From Alphaproteobacteria bacterium (GTDB lineage Bacteria; Pseudomonadota; Alphaproteobacteria; UBA7887), in assembly GCA_965216755.1 (NCBI GenBank), contig CBDCGL010000011.1, positions 1,888,001 to 1,952,000 of the forward strand: a stretch of DNA of 64,000 nt, read 5' to 3'. This document shows positions 62,044 to 64,000 of the stretch, one piece after another. A model generated the notes under the pieces. The model was not told the DNA's origin, did not search any database, and saw nothing but the letters and a program-made list of their open reading frames with translations. Position numbers and translations under genes: made by a program. How positions within the stretch are numbered: position 1 is the first letter of the stretch; each line of letters begins with the position of its first letter.

Positions 62044-64000
62044 ATGCGAATCGATCGTCACTTTACCAGGGCCAATACGTCACCCTATGAGGGTATCGCG
62101 TTTCGGACGGCATCCAGCGAAATCCGCAATCCGGATGGTTCGGTGGTATTCCGCAATACCGATATCGACGTACCGGCGTCATGGTCACAGGTGGCCGTCG
62201 ATATCTTGGCACAAAAGTACTTTCGTAAGGCCGGAGTCCCGACCATCCTCAAGCGCGTCCCCGAGCCGGACGTGCCCGAATGGCTATGGCGGTCCGAAGC
62301 CGACCAAGATGCCTTGGCCACGAAACCCGAACAAGAACGCTTCGAAGGCGAAACGAAAGCCACACAAGTGTTCGACCGTATGGCCGGTACATGGACCTAT
62401 TGGGGCTGGCGGGGCGGCTATTTCACGTCGGAAGCAGATGCGCGCGCGTTCTATGACGAACTGCGCTTCATGCTTGCCCAACAGATGGCCGCCCCCAACA
62501 GCCCGCAATGGTTCAATACCGGATTGCATTGGGCATACGGCATCGACGGGCCGCCACAGGGACATTCTTATGTCGACCATAAAACCGGTGATCTGACTCG
62601 GTCGACGTCCGCCTACGAACATCCCCAACCACACGCCTGCTTTATCCAAAGTGTCGACGATGACTTGGTGAATGAAGGTGGGATCATGGATCTATGGGTC
62701 CGTGAAGCCCGGCTGTTCAAATATGGCTCCGGAACGGGCTCGAACTTCTCCAAATTGCGCGGCGAAGGCGAGCCCTTGAGCGGTGGCGGCAAATCATCCG
62801 GCCTGATGAGCTTTCTAAAGATCGGCGATCGCGCGGCGGGCGCCATCAAATCGGGCGGCACGACAAGACGCGCGGCAAAAATGGTGGTGGTCGATTGTGA
62901 CCATCCGGATATCGAGACATTCGTCAACTGGAAGTCGGTAGAGGAACAAAAAGTTGCCGCGCTTGTCGCAGGATCTAAAGCCACCGCCAAGCATCTCACG
63001 GCAGTGATGGAAGCCTGCCAAATCGGTGGCACCAGCCGATTTAGCCCCAAGGATAATCCGCAACTCAAGAAAGCGGTTGCGGCGGCACGGGCGGCGTCGA
63101 TACCGGAAACGATGATCCAACGGACCATAGAATTGGCCAAACAGGGGGTCGAAGAGATCATCTTCCCGATCTATGACACCGATTGGGATTCGGAAGCCTA
63201 CCTGACCGTTTCAGGACAAAACGCTAACAACACGGTGCGGGTCACCGATGCTTTTTTGGATGCGGTTGCCAACGGCGGCAAATGGACGCTGACCAGGCGC
63301 ACTGACGGCAGCGCTGCAAAAGTTATCGACGCGGCCGCTTTGTGGGCTGATATGGCGGCTGCCGCGTGGCAGTCCGCGGATCCCGGCGTGCAGTTTGATA
63401 CCACGATCAACGCGTGGCACACATGCCCGGCGGGTGGGCGGATCCGCGCCTCTAACCCGTGCTCTGAGTATATGTTCTTGGACAACACGGCATGCAATCT
63501 CGCATCGCTCAATTTGCTCGCGTTCCGCAATGCCGATGGCACCTACAACATCGATGGTTTCGTCCATGCGTCGCGTCTGTGGACTATCGTTCTCGAAATC
63601 TCGGTGTTGATGGCCCAATTCCCGTCAGCTGAAATTGCCCAACGCTCCCATGACTACCGTACGCTTGGGCTTGGCTTTGCCAATATCGGCGGTTTGCTGA
63701 TGAGTGCGGGTCTGCCCTATGACAGCGCCCCCGGTCGTGCCATGTGCGGCGCCATTTCAGCGATCATGACCGCAACCGCGTACGAAACGTCAGCCGAAAT
63801 GGCGGCATTGCTAGGGCCCTTTTCGCGCTACGCTGACAATCGTGAGTCGATGCTGCGCGTCATGCGAAATCATCGTCGGGCGGCGCATGGCCTGGCCGAA
63901 GGCTATGAGAGCCTTTCAACCCACCCGGTCCCGTTGGACATCGCGAACTGCCCCGATCCCAAATTGGCCGATCGCGCCGCCGAAGCTTGGGACAAGGCTG
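62044..64000 (+). CDS. nrdJ: Vitamin B12-dependent (class II) ribonucleotide reductase, 3'-partial
   Basis: Manual translation MRIDRHFT...APNSPQWFNTG...PQPHACFIQSV...GSGTGSN...GGTTRRAAKM...ASNPCSEYMF; runs off the window end. Confidence 0.96.
   Translation, partial: MRIDRHFTRANTSPYEGIAFRTASSEIRNPDGSVVFRNTDIDVPASWSQVAVDILAQKYFRKAGVPTILKRVPEPDVPEWLWRSEADQDALATKPEQERFEGETKATQVFDRMAGTWTYWGWRGGYFTSEADARAFYDELRFMLAQQMAAPNSPQWFNTGLHWAYGIDGPPQGHSYVDHKTGDLTRSTSAYEHPQPHACFIQSVDDDLVNEGGIMDLWVREARLFKYGSGTGSNFSKLRGEGEPLSGGGKSSGLMSFLKIGDRAAGAIKSGGTTRRAAKMVVVDCDHPDIETFVNWKSVEEQKVAALVAGSKATAKHLTAVMEACQIGGTSRFSPKDNPQLKKAVAAARAASIPETMIQRTIELAKQGVEEIIFPIYDTDWDSEAYLTVSGQNANNTVRVTDAFLDAVANGGKWTLTRRTDGSAAKVIDAAALWADMAAAAWQSADPGVQFDTTINAWHTCPAGGRIRASNPCSEYMFLDNTACNLASLNLLAFRNADGTYNIDGFVHASRLWTIVLEISVLMAQFPSAEIAQRSHDYRTLGLGFANIGGLLMSAGLPYDSAPGRAMCGAISAIMTATAYETSAEMAALLGPFSRYADNRESMLRVMRNHRRAAHGLAEGYESLSTHPVPLDIANCPDPKLADRAAEAWDKA

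Noticed and set aside
62044-64000. Intein or intron in nrdJ
   Set aside because: The portions translated by eye read as ordinary NrdJ, with no insertion seen around the conserved motifs

Overview
Chromosomal window from a GC-rich alphaproteobacterium; the gene order looks Rhodospirillales-like, which is an inference. The left ~17.5 kb is an accessory, eroded region abutting the 3' end of a tRNA-Met. It contains the end of an exopolysaccharide locus (WcaJ-type priming transferase, O-antigen ligase/Wzy-type protein, Wzc), relics of IS630, IS3 and IS481 elements, two palindromic MITE/REP-like elements, a collapsed cyclase-ATPase pseudogene and several small secreted orphans. It also holds an intact module in which a zinc-ribbon/class III nucleotide cyclase/AAA-ATPase/TPR protein is flanked on both sides by paralogous CPFC redoxins. 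That module is the best candidate for an uncharacterised system, possibly a thiol-redox-gated cyclic-nucleotide signalling switch. The remainder is mostly core genome: mnmA, tenA, gloB, cysE-iscR-iscS-iscS-fdx, anmK, tyrS, fliN, yhdP-like, glnE, bcp, frameshifted prfB, PBP1A, amidase, rne, bepA, dsbA, ctpA, cpdA-like, thiS-thiG, aroQ-accB-accC-aat, mlaD, NDUFA12, an M20 amidohydrolase and the 5' part of nrdJ. A PhnY-like dioxygenase and a spondin-domain gene interrupt this core region. All family calls come from motif recognition by eye; no database searches were run.
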